A stretch of DNA of 32,000 nucleotides from Allobaculum fili (GTDB taxonomy: Bacteria; Bacillota_I; Bacilli_A; Erysipelotrichales; Erysipelotrichaceae). The notes under the pieces are model-generated. The model ran no database searches. It saw only the letters and a program-made list of their open reading frames with translations, and was not told the origin of the DNA. Below, one piece after another: positions 17,167 through 24,360 of the stretch (position 1 is its first letter; each line of letters opens with the position of its first letter). The stretch lies in NCBI RefSeq assembly GCF_020969955.1, contig NZ_JAHDSX010000002.1, positions 60,001 through 92,000 on the forward strand, read 5' to 3'. A program made the translations under genes and the position numbers.

Positions 17167-18692
17167 GTATCCTGCCATTACAAATCAGTCAGCGCGTTCT
17201 GACTGGTTCTGATCTCAATCCGATCTTTTCCGGAGCGCAGAATATCGACTCGATCAAAGTCACTTTTGATGCTGAGTGGAGCGGATTTACCAAAACAGCG
17301 GTCTTTTCCAGAAATGGACTGGACTGCTATTTTTCTGATCTGGACAATTCTGGCCAGACCCTTATTCCTACAGCTGTCCTGGAAGAGTCCGGAACGATTT
17401 TCATTGGCATCATGGGCGAGAAAGGAAACCAGAGAATCACATCCTCCCTCGTTCGATACCGTGTTGGTGTGGGAGCCAGTGTAACGGATCTTCTTGATCC
17501 CGATGCGGTTCATTCTTTGATGGATCTGGTGAACGAGGCTCTTGCGGATACTGGTGGTATTACCGGAAAGCGGACAGGAACAACCTTCACACCTTCCGTT
17601 TCTTCTGCTGGCGTCATCTCATGGACCAATGATGGTGGACTGGATAATCCAAGTCCGGTCAATATCAAAGGTGAACAAGGAGTCGGCGTACAGTCAGTCT
17701 CTGTTTATCTAGCCAGATCGACAAGCAGCACCTCCGCACCAACCAGCGGCTACTCGATAAGTGTCCCGACGCTTACGTCTAGCTACCGCTATCTTTGGGG
17801 CTATTTACGATTCACGCTGACCAATAACCAGACAACAGAAACAGCCAAAATGATCATGGGTGTTTACGGAAATACAGGAGCACAAGGCCCCTCCGGCGTT
17901 TCACCAACCCTGAGTGCAACAAAAGCGGATAAAACAACAACCATTACGATCACAGATGTTAATGGGACCAGAGAGCTCGCTCAAATCCTAGACGGAATCG
18001 ATGGAACCGATGGAAGTGATGTGGCAAGCAAGATCACAAGCATTGTCCAGTACTATTGCAGGTCTTCGAGCAATTCAACAGCTCCTACTGCCACTTCCGG
18101 ATGGAGTACAACCCTTCCAACCCTGAGCTCTTCTTATCCGACGATGTGGACGTACTTCAAAGTGAACTACGAGGACGGTTCAAGCGTAGACAGCCAACCC
18201 GTGCTGATTGGAAATTACAACGAACGGTTAAGCTCTGTGAGCGCCTATTTCCAAGTTACCTCGACTTCCGATACGCCCTCAAGCTCTGCTTCGGGATGGA
18301 CAACATCGGTTCCAACCCTCACATCCGGCAGTCCTTATCTTTGGTGCCATCTACGCTTTACCTTCTACGCCCACCGTGCCACTTCGACACACCTCGTCTG
18401 CTCGAATGTGTTTCTGCTGCGGACTTACCAGGCATCAGGTTCGGCATCGGGTCTGGTCTTGAATTACACCGGATATCAAAGCACGTTGGATACAACCCAA
18501 GGCGACGCAGCATTATCTGCTATCCAGATGGGAATCATGCCGGTGATCTTCACCAACAACAACTACTACCAAGTCATCTTTGTCGAGCCGTATGAGGTCT
18601 GTGGCCAAAAATGCTTGAAGTTGTACTATCCATCCACATCGTGTTCGTCCACTTGCATTCTCAACTGTATTGAGTGGAGAACATCGGCCTAG
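17163..18692 (+). CDS. Tail fibre / receptor-binding protein candidate with three internal repeats
   Basis: 509 aa. It has a BppU-like N-terminus and Gly-rich collagen-like patches (GEQGVG, GIDGTDGSD). Three repeats of about 55 aa match Y..(R/V)(S/T)S..(S/T)AP...SGW(S/T)T..PTL(T/S)S..(Y/T)(L/M)W. The C-terminal domain is Cys-rich. Confidence 0.6.
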   Translation: MSILPLQISQRVLTGSDLNPIFSGAQNIDSIKVTFDAEWSGFTKTAVFSRNGLDCYFSDLDNSGQTLIPTAVLEESGTIFIGIMGEKGNQRITSSLVRYRVGVGASVTDLLDPDAVHSLMDLVNEALADTGGITGKRTGTTFTPSVSSAGVISWTNDGGLDNPSPVNIKGEQGVGVQSVSVYLARSTSSTSAPTSGYSISVPTLTSSYRYLWGYLRFTLTNNQTTETAKMIMGVYGNTGAQGPSGVSPTLSATKADKTTTITITDVNGTRELAQILDGIDGTDGSDVASKITSIVQYYCRSSSNSTAPTATSGWSTTLPTLSSSYPTMWTYFKVNYEDGSSVDSQPVLIGNYNERLSSVSAYFQVTSTSDTPSSSASGWTTSVPTLTSGSPYLWCHLRFTFYAHRATSTHLVCSNVFLLRTYQASGSASGLVLNYTGYQSTLDTTQGDAALSAIQMGIMPVIFTNNNYYQVIFVEPYEVCGQKCLKLYYPSTSCSSTCILNCIEWRTSA

Positions 18693-18704
18693 GAGGTGAT
18701 AAGG

Positions 18705-19427
18705 ATGGTCGATATCAAAATTGTCGCTTCCCGCCAGCGTCAGGAGATGGTGGAAAACTTACGGGATGCGTTGGAACTTACAGATCAGGATATTTTCTAT
18801 GATGAAAGTGCCGAAACCGGAAACCCCTATCTTCCAGTCAAGCAAACCTGGCTGCTTCCTCATGAAGAAGGAGTTACCCACCGAGTCGTGTTGAACGATG
18901 ATGTCCAGGTATGTAATGGATTCAAACAGATCATTGAACAAATAACGCAGTCACATCCGGATTGTGCCTTTTCACTTTTCACTATGGCCTTTGACGGAGA
19001 TTGTTACAACGGCTTCATTAGCGGACTGGATAGCCCCTATATCCGGCACGACTGGTCGATGTGGGGATGCGCCATTCTGCTGCCAATTGGTATTGTCGAA
19101 GAATGCTTCAACTATATCGAGGCCGTCTTTGGAGAAGACGCTTTGGAAAGTCATGGAATCCTCAGCTTTCTCAAACACAAGCAAATTCCGGTGCTTTCCA
19201 CAATTCCAGTAACGGTTCAGCACATTGGGGACGACTCTTTGTACGATCCCAGCCTTCCGGTGCGTCGAAGCAGTCGGTTTGAAGAAAATCCAACAGCAGA
19301 TTGGACATCAACTCAAATTGAGAATCCTCCTGTGTTGGAATGGTTTAAGCCCAGGCAAACCGGAAAAGTTGAGAACCGGACTGACCGGATTCTGAATGTC
19401 TTGAGAGGAGTGAATGTTGATGAATGA
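18705..19427 (+). CDS. Hypothetical protein, possible GT-A-fold (GT25-like) glycosyltransferase
   Basis: AGGAGG lies 8 nt before ATG 18705. The N-terminus IKIVASRQRQEMVENL and the segment HRVVLNDDVQVCNGFKQ resemble the Rossmann start and DXD-like motif of small GT-A enzymes. This rests on pattern recognition only. Confidence 0.4.
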   Translation: MVDIKIVASRQRQEMVENLRDALELTDQDIFYDESAETGNPYLPVKQTWLLPHEEGVTHRVVLNDDVQVCNGFKQIIEQITQSHPDCAFSLFTMAFDGDCYNGFISGLDSPYIRHDWSMWGCAILLPIGIVEECFNYIEAVFGEDALESHGILSFLKHKQIPVLSTIPVTVQHIGDDSLYDPSLPVRRSSRFEENPTADWTSTQIENPPVLEWFKPRQTGKVENRTDRILNVLRGVNVDE

Positions 19428-19845
19428 AGACGATAAACTGATCCGCTTTTTACGAAATCTGATTGTCTTTCTGACCAAAGAGGTCGTAAACGCTGGTGGT
19501 GATCCAGCAGAGTTTGATCTTGGCTTTCCTGTGTACAAGCAGAATTCCACTTACAAGGCTGGTGAGATCTTCCGGGATCGGGAATCTGACCAGCCTTTTG
19601 AATGCCTTGTCGACTACGACGGCAACATTCATCCCGACTGGAATCAATCCGTAGCGACCATCTGGAAACCGTATCATGGCAAAGATAAGGATCATGCCTA
19701 TCCCTGGGCAGCTCCTAGCGGTGCTCATGATCTGTATAAGTCTGGAGAGTTCATGACCTTCACAGATGGAGAAATCTACAAGGCACTGAGCGATACAGCG
19801 TTCAGTCCAACGGATCTTCCAACCGCTTGGGAAAAACAAGTATGA
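19414..19845 (+). CDS. Small protein with two CBM5/12-like (chitin-binding-type) aromatic repeats
   Basis: Two segments, YKAGEIF...PDWNQSVATIWKPY and YKSGEFMTFTDGEIYKAL...PTAWEKQ, match the Y..G..v..dG..Y.....P....W pattern. The start may be 19414 or 19420. Confidence 0.5.
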   Translation: MLMNEDDKLIRFLRNLIVFLTKEVVNAGGDPAEFDLGFPVYKQNSTYKAGEIFRDRESDQPFECLVDYDGNIHPDWNQSVATIWKPYHGKDKDHAYPWAAPSGAHDLYKSGEFMTFTDGEIYKALSDTAFSPTDLPTAWEKQV

Positions 19846-19859
19846 AAGGAGATGTTTCT

Positions 19860-20063
19860 ATGAGCAGCAAAACGAAAACCTGGATCAAAGCAGCAGCCGT
19901 CCGCGCGATTAAAACTGTAGCGCAGACGGCTGTTGGCGTTATTGGAGCTTCCGCTCTGATTACCGAGGTCGACTTTCTTGTCGTCCTTTCTGCCTCCGCA
20001 CTGGCTGGTCTGGTCAGCCTTCTGACTTCTGTAGCCGGTCTTCCGGAGGTGGAGAATGCCTGA
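19860..20063 (+). CDS. Holin candidate
   Basis: 67 aa after AAAGGAG. The motif WIKAAAVRAIKTVAQTAVGVI plus a second hydrophobic helix resembles small Gram-positive phage holins. It lies directly upstream of the endolysin. Confidence 0.65.
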   Translation: MSSKTKTWIKAAAVRAIKTVAQTAVGVIGASALITEVDFLVVLSASALAGLVSLLTSVAGLPEVENA

Positions 20064-20415
20064 ACTGGAAACAAGCATTGTCTGGCTTGGAGCCATTGCA
20101 GGAGCGCTGTCTTCTATCGCGGCGCTCCTTTCTTTGGCTTTTAAGCCATTCCTGAAGCTCAAAGAGCGTGTGAGAGTCCTGGAAGATGAGATTCGAACTC
20201 TCAAAGATGAGCTGGCTGAGCACCAGGACAAGCTCAACAAAGACCATCACAGCTTTCTGCTGCAGCAGGATGTAAACCGGCTTCTGCTCGAGTCCACATC
20301 CAACCTGCTCAAGCACAACGTGGATGGCAACAATACCAAACAAATGATGGACTGCGCCAGACGAATCGATGATCTTGTTTTCGCCAGAGGCAGCAGCATT
20401 AAGGAGGAACTATGA
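20056..20415 (+). CDS. Lysis-module membrane-anchored coiled-coil protein (holin partner or regulator?)
   Basis: N-terminal TM segment IVWLGAIAGALSSIAALLSLAF followed by a coiled-coil region. It overlaps both the holin and endolysin genes. Confidence 0.5.
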   Translation: MPELETSIVWLGAIAGALSSIAALLSLAFKPFLKLKERVRVLEDEIRTLKDELAEHQDKLNKDHHSFLLQQDVNRLLLESTSNLLKHNVDGNNTKQMMDCARRIDDLVFARGSSIKEEL

Positions 20416-21368
20416 CCTATTCAACACTGATCAATGGATCGACACCGATCTACAATAAATGCAATCCGAGAACTTCCAAAATCACCAAAATTACTCCTCA
20501 CCACATGGCGGGAAATATGGGTGCAGCTGCTTGTGCCAAGTATCATCGAGACAGCGACCGGCAGGCTTCTGCCAACTACTACATTGGAACCGACGGAACC
20601 ATCTGGGGCGGTGTTCCGGAAGAGTTCAGAGCCTGGACGTCCAGCTCCTGGGACAATGACAACCATGCCATCACAATCGAGGTGGCCAATTCCTCGACTG
20701 GTGGAAACTGGCCAGTCTCCGATGCTGCATTCAATTCTCTGGTCAGACTGTGCAATGACATCTGCCAGCGGTATGGTATCGAGCTTTCCTGGACTGGAAC
20801 TGCATCTGGAACGCTCACCTGCCATGATATGTTTGCGGCTACCAACTGCCCAGGTCCATACCTGAAATCGAAATTCCCAGAGCTGGTACGTCTGGTGAAC
20901 AGCAGCACTGTGAGCAATGAGCCAATCAAAAAATCCGTTGATGTCATCGCAAAGGAAGTCATCAACGGAAAATGGGGCAATGGAGATGATCGGAAGAACC
21001 GGCTGACCGGCGCCGGATACGACTACAATGCCATTCAGGCAAAGGTCAACGAGCTGCTGGAGCAGAAAGCGAAACCTGCTGCTCCGGCAAAGAAGTCCAA
21101 TGATGTGATTGCCCAGGAAGTCATCAATGGCAAGTGGGGGAACGGAAACGATCGGATCAACCGTCTGGAAGCGGCTGGATATGATCCGACTGCTATTCAG
21201 GCTCTGGTCAACCAGAAACTGGGGGCTGGAAAGAAGAGCGTTGATATAGTTGCCCGAGAGGTTATTGCAGGTAAATGGGGGAATGGTCAGGACCGTGTTA
21301 ATCGACTGAAAAATGCTGGCTATGATCCAGCAAGCGTGCAGACGCGCGTAAACGAAATTCTGAAATAG
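20412..21368 (+). CDS. Endolysin: N-acetylmuramoyl-L-alanine amidase (Amidase_2/PGRP) with three Cpl-7 (CW_7) wall-binding repeats
   Basis: AAGGAGG RBS. Amidase_2 motifs are ITPHHMAG, NHAITIEVAN and CHDMFAATNCPG. Three repeats match VI(A)(K/Q/R)EVI.GKWGNG.DR.NRL..AGYD...(I/V)Q..VN. Confidence 0.93.
   Translation: MTYSTLINGSTPIYNKCNPRTSKITKITPHHMAGNMGAAACAKYHRDSDRQASANYYIGTDGTIWGGVPEEFRAWTSSSWDNDNHAITIEVANSSTGGNWPVSDAAFNSLVRLCNDICQRYGIELSWTGTASGTLTCHDMFAATNCPGPYLKSKFPELVRLVNSSTVSNEPIKKSVDVIAKEVINGKWGNGDDRKNRLTGAGYDYNAIQAKVNELLEQKAKPAAPAKKSNDVIAQEVINGKWGNGNDRINRLEAAGYDPTAIQALVNQKLGAGKKSVDIVAREVIAGKWGNGQDRVNRLKNAGYDPASVQTRVNEILK
20931..21359 (+). repeat. Three coding Cpl-7/CW_7 repeats within the endolysin
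   Basis: The repeats cover aa 174-216, 228-269 and 274-316 of the endolysin and share the KWGNG.DR.NRL..AGYD core. Confidence 0.8.
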
Positions 21369-21370
21369 TC

Positions 21371-21421
21371 AAACAGCCAGAAGGCTTCACCGTCAGTGGT
21401 GAGGCTTGCTAGCTGTTTTTG
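21371..21421. terminator. Bidirectional terminator between the convergent endolysin and minus-strand module
   Basis: A 21-position imperfect stem pairs AAACAGCCAGAAGGCTTCACC with GGTGAGGCTTGCTAGCTGTTT (2 mismatches, 2 G-U) around a 6-nt loop. The 3' arm ends in TTT and two further T residues follow (TTTTT in all, 21416-21420, then GTGTTT). The opposite strand has a T-containing tail. Confidence 0.7.
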
Positions 21422-21465
21422 TGTTTATTCCATTTTGCTGACATTCACATTATCATTTCAACAAG

Positions 21466-21639
21466 TCATTTAGTTCGCTTCAAGATAAAACCATAGAGCA
21501 CGGCAACCAAAAGAAATATCAAAACGCAACTAAAGGCTTTAGAAGTATCGCCTTCTTTAATCGCCATAATCAACTCCATAGCGACTAAGGTGAGCACAAC
21601 GCTAAAACCGACTTGAATAATCCTAGTCCTTTTTACCAT
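21466..21639 (-). CDS. Tiny 2-TM membrane protein (57 aa from the SD-supported ATG; 63 aa from the first ATG)
   Basis: Hydrophobic segments are IIQVGFSVVLTLVAMELIMAI and FSCVLIFLLVAVLYGFIL. AGAGGA lies just upstream of the second ATG. It is co-oriented with and 27-45 nt downstream of the T5orf172 gene. Confidence 0.55.
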   Translation of the reverse strand: MVKRTRIIQVGFSVVLTLVAMELIMAIKEGDTSKAFSCVLIFLLVAVLYGFILKRTK

Positions 21640-21684
21640 TTTTCCTCTATCTCCCATGGAATAGAAATCTGTCTCATGTGACAG

Positions 21685-22356
21685 CTATCGGCTTCGATAG
21701 CTGTCTATTGGCTTTCCATTTGAATCCTTCCATACTCGCCAGCCATTTACGTTGTTTCCCAGTACGACAACGCCAGCAATCGAAACGGAAGAACATGGAA
21801 GATCTTTCTGAAGGACATTATCTATGATTAAAGCATTCTTCCTATATTTATATGCTGATTCATATTCAGAAGGTGCACAGATACTGCCCTTTTTAAGCAT
21901 CAGTTTTCCGTTCTTGATTTCGAGTTTCGCCTCGATCTTTCCAAAGCCCTTTCTATTCGAGCTTATCGTATAGATCCCGTTAGGGAGCAGACCGCTCTCC
22001 TCTTCTTCTTGTTTTTCTACCGCATTTTCAAAAGCATCTTCTTTCGTTCCTTCTTTAGGATAGATTTTCTTGCCATCGAACGCAGACAACAATTGGATCA
22101 CCATTTCCAAATCTGCTGCGAATAGCTCTGTCTGTCCGATTCGGCTCTTGCTGAAAATGTTATGGAGCAAAGCTTCTTTTTCTATATATCCGTCCACTTC
22201 GATTGCAAACTGACGGGTTAAAGCTGTCACATTTGAATAGCCGTTCTTTTCGAGGTTATACATTCTCTCCTCAAACCTTGAGCTTCCGGTCCTGCCAATT
22301 TTGATCAAACCCGGAACAGCCGTAGACATTACATACAAAATCCCTCTCGCCATCAT
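21685..22356 (-). CDS. GIY-YIG-superfamily T5orf172 (MUG113-like) domain protein fused to a DUF4357-type C-terminal domain
   Basis: The N-terminus GILYVMSTAVPGLIKIGRTGSSRFEERMYNL...EKEALLHNIFSKSRIGQTELF matches the T5orf172 consensus. The C-terminus ...KLMLKKGSICAPS...CSSVSIAGVVVLGNNVNGWRVWKDSNGKPIDSYR matches the DUF4357 pattern. A GAGG SD lies 6 nt before the ATG. Confidence 0.85.
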   Translation of the reverse strand: MMARGILYVMSTAVPGLIKIGRTGSSRFEERMYNLEKNGYSNVTALTRQFAIEVDGYIEKEALLHNIFSKSRIGQTELFAADLEMVIQLLSAFDGKKIYPKEGTKEDAFENAVEKQEEEESGLLPNGIYTISSNRKGFGKIEAKLEIKNGKLMLKKGSICAPSEYESAYKYRKNALIIDNVLQKDLPCSSVSIAGVVVLGNNVNGWRVWKDSNGKPIDSYRSR

Positions 22357-22370
22357 TAATTTCCTCTTAG

Positions 22371-22403
22371 CCAGATTCTGTTTTTGAAAGAATCTGGTTT
22401 TTT
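22371..22403 (+). promoter_or_regulatory. Perfect inverted repeat with T-run: + strand intrinsic terminator and/or operator in the divergent region
   Basis: CCAGATTCT (22371-22379) / AGAATCTGG (22389-22397) with a 9-nt loop, then TTTTTT (22398-22403). It lies 15 nt upstream of the minus-strand gene start and 53 nt upstream of the + strand early ORF. Confidence 0.55.
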
Positions 22404-22455
22404 CTTGTCACAAATCTACCTTCCTCACGGCTACCCAGTGAAGGAGGTAATCATC

Positions 22456-22725
22456 ATGGATGAATTCCAAAAAGAACTTCTCAATGTTCTGAACAGAATT
22501 GCCGACGCTCTTCACGCATCAAAGCCTGCTTCGGTCACTCCTACTGCACCCGAGCAGCCAAAGCTCTCGCTTGAAGAAGTCAGAGCAATTCTCGCTGAAA
22601 AATCCAGAGCCGGTTTTACAGCAAAGATTCAGCTGCTGCTTGAAAAGTATGGTGCAAGCAAACTTTCCAAGATTGATGCTGGACACTATCAGGCTCTTGT
22701 CAAAGATGTGGAGGAGCTGAAATGA
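22456..22725 (+). CDS. Small conserved early protein (function unknown)
   Basis: ATG 22456 lies after AAGGAGG. 89 aa. The C-terminal segment LSLEEVRAILAEKSRAGFTAKIQLLLEKYGASKLSKIDAGHYQAL is of a type I recall preceding DUF2800 genes. Confidence 0.6.
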   Translation: MDEFQKELLNVLNRIADALHASKPASVTPTAPEQPKLSLEEVRAILAEKSRAGFTAKIQLLLEKYGASKLSKIDAGHYQALVKDVEELK

Positions 22726-23831
22726 GTCATAGCATACTTTCTCCATCCTCGTCCCATCGTTGGCTTCATTGTACGCCATCCGCAAGGCTTGAAGAACCCT
22801 ATCCGGATACTTCCGGTCTTGCAGCCAAAGAAGGAACAGCCGCTCATGCCCTGTGTGAGTACAAGCTGAAGACAGCGCTCGGCATGAAGTCGACTCGTCC
22901 CGAATCTGATTTCCAGGATGAAGCAATGGAACAGCACTCGGACGAATACGTCTCCTGGATTCTGGAAACCATCAAGGATGAGATCAAACCGGTCATCATG
23001 ATCGAACAGAAACTCGACCTGTCCGCTTACGTCCCAGAAGGCTTTGGAACGGCTGACTGCATTATTGCCAGTGATAACAAACTGCATGTGATCGACTTCA
23101 AGTACGGATTGGGTGTGTTGGTCAATGCAGAAAACAACACCCAGATGATGCTGTATGCACTTGGTGCTCTTGAACTATTCGATGCCATCTTCGATATCGA
23201 TACCATCGAAATGACAGTTTTCCAGCCGCGCAAAGAAAACATCAGCTCCTGGACCATCACACCGGATGAGCTGAAAATCTGGGCTCATGAGGTTCTCAAG
23301 CCTAAAGCAGAACTTGCCTTTAACGGCAAAGGCGAACTTTGCAATGGTTCCTGGTGTCAGTTTTGCAAAGCTGCAGCCAAATGCAGAAAACGCGCAGAGG
23401 CAGCGCTGGAATTGGCCAAGGATGAATTCAAAGATCCAACAAGCCTTTCTGATGAAGAAATCGAAAAAATTCTTCCCAAGCTGGATGATCTGATCAAATG
23501 GGCAGAAGAGATCAAAGAGTACGCCCAGCACAAAGCCCTGCAAGGGAAAAAGTGGAATGGATTCAAGCTTGTCGCTGGCCGTTCCAATCGCAAGTACGTA
23601 AGTGAAGCCAAAGTCATCGCCGCCTGTCAGGCTGCCGGATTCACAGACATCTACAAGAAAAGTCTGAGAACCATCACAGATATGGAAAAAGTCATGACCA
23701 AGCCCGTCTTCCAGGAGATTCTAGGAAACCTGGTCACCAAACCAGTCGGAAAACCAACCCTGGTCCCTGTCTCAGACAAACGAAAAGAAATCGAATTTAC
23801 GGAGGAAACTGAAAATGAAAGCAAACACTAA
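22722..23831 (+). CDS. DUF2800-type PD-(D/E)XK nuclease (Cas4-like, Fe-S cysteine cluster)
   Basis: The N-terminus MSHSILSPSSSHRWLHC is typical of DUF2800. The nuclease core is GTADCII...HVIDFKYG. The cysteines are HC...CNGSWCQFCKAAAKC. Confidence 0.85.
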   Translation: MSHSILSPSSSHRWLHCTPSARLEEPYPDTSGLAAKEGTAAHALCEYKLKTALGMKSTRPESDFQDEAMEQHSDEYVSWILETIKDEIKPVIMIEQKLDLSAYVPEGFGTADCIIASDNKLHVIDFKYGLGVLVNAENNTQMMLYALGALELFDAIFDIDTIEMTVFQPRKENISSWTITPDELKIWAHEVLKPKAELAFNGKGELCNGSWCQFCKAAAKCRKRAEAALELAKDEFKDPTSLSDEEIEKILPKLDDLIKWAEEIKEYAQHKALQGKKWNGFKLVAGRSNRKYVSEAKVIAACQAAGFTDIYKKSLRTITDMEKVMTKPVFQEILGNLVTKPVGKPTLVPVSDKRKEIEFTEETENESKH

Positions 23832-24360
23832 AGTCGTAACCGGTAAAGAAACCCGCCTGTCCTACTTCAACGGATGGAAACCTGTCTCCATCAATGGCGG
23901 AGATGAAAAATACTCTACCCAGATCCTGATCCCCAAGGATGACCTGGATACACTGGCCGCTATTGAAAAAGCGGTGGACGCAGCCATCGAAAACGGTCTG
24001 GCCAAATTCGGTGGCAAGAAGCCAAACAAACAGGCTATCAAGCTCCCACTGCGTGATGGCGATATCGAACGAGACGACGACGTCTATAAAGGCCACTACT
24101 TCCTGAATGCTTCCAGTACGGAAGCTCCACAGATCGTTGACCGTCGCGTTCAGCCAATCCTTGACCAGAGTGAGGTTTACTCCGGCTGCTATGCCAGAGT
24201 TTCTCTGAACTTCTACGCGTTCAACTCCAATGGCAATAAAGGTGTCGCCTGCGGTCTGGGCAACATTCAGAAGATCAAAGACGGTCCTCGTCTGGGTGGC
24301 AGAACAACCGCAAATGACGACTTCGTCAGTGAGGATGCCGACGATGACTTCCTCTCGTAG
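23815..24360 (+). CDS. DUF2815-type protein (putative ssDNA-binding protein of the replication module)
   Basis: 181 aa. The N-terminus VVTGKETRLSYFNGWKP... and the acidic C-terminal tail DDFVSEDADDDFLS are SSB-like. It sits between the DUF2800 and polymerase genes. Confidence 0.7.
   Translation: MKANTKVVTGKETRLSYFNGWKPVSINGGDEKYSTQILIPKDDLDTLAAIEKAVDAAIENGLAKFGGKKPNKQAIKLPLRDGDIERDDDVYKGHYFLNASSTEAPQIVDRRVQPILDQSEVYSGCYARVSLNFYAFNSNGNKGVACGLGNIQKIKDGPRLGGRTTANDDFVSEDADDDFLS

Noticed and set aside
18056-18595. Alternative-frame 179-aa ORF inside the fibre gene, suggesting a frameshifted pseudogene or a second programmed frameshift
   Set aside because: I translated all three frames around 18340-18480. 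Only the annotated frame continues the repeat motif (SPYLWCHLRF) and gives a plausible C-terminal domain. The other frames are Arg/Pro/Cys-rich and one terminates quickly.
17163-18692. Diversity-generating retroelement targeting the fibre repeats
   Set aside because: The window has no reverse transcriptase and no template/variable repeat pair with adenine-specific differences. The repeats are diverged at the protein level only.
24230-24343. Polymerase start at 24230 as given in the ORF track
   Set aside because: It would overlap the DUF2815 gene by about 130 nt with an implausible leader (MAIKVSPAVWATFRRSK...). ATG 24344 has a GAGGA SD at the right spacing and immediately precedes the Exo I motif.
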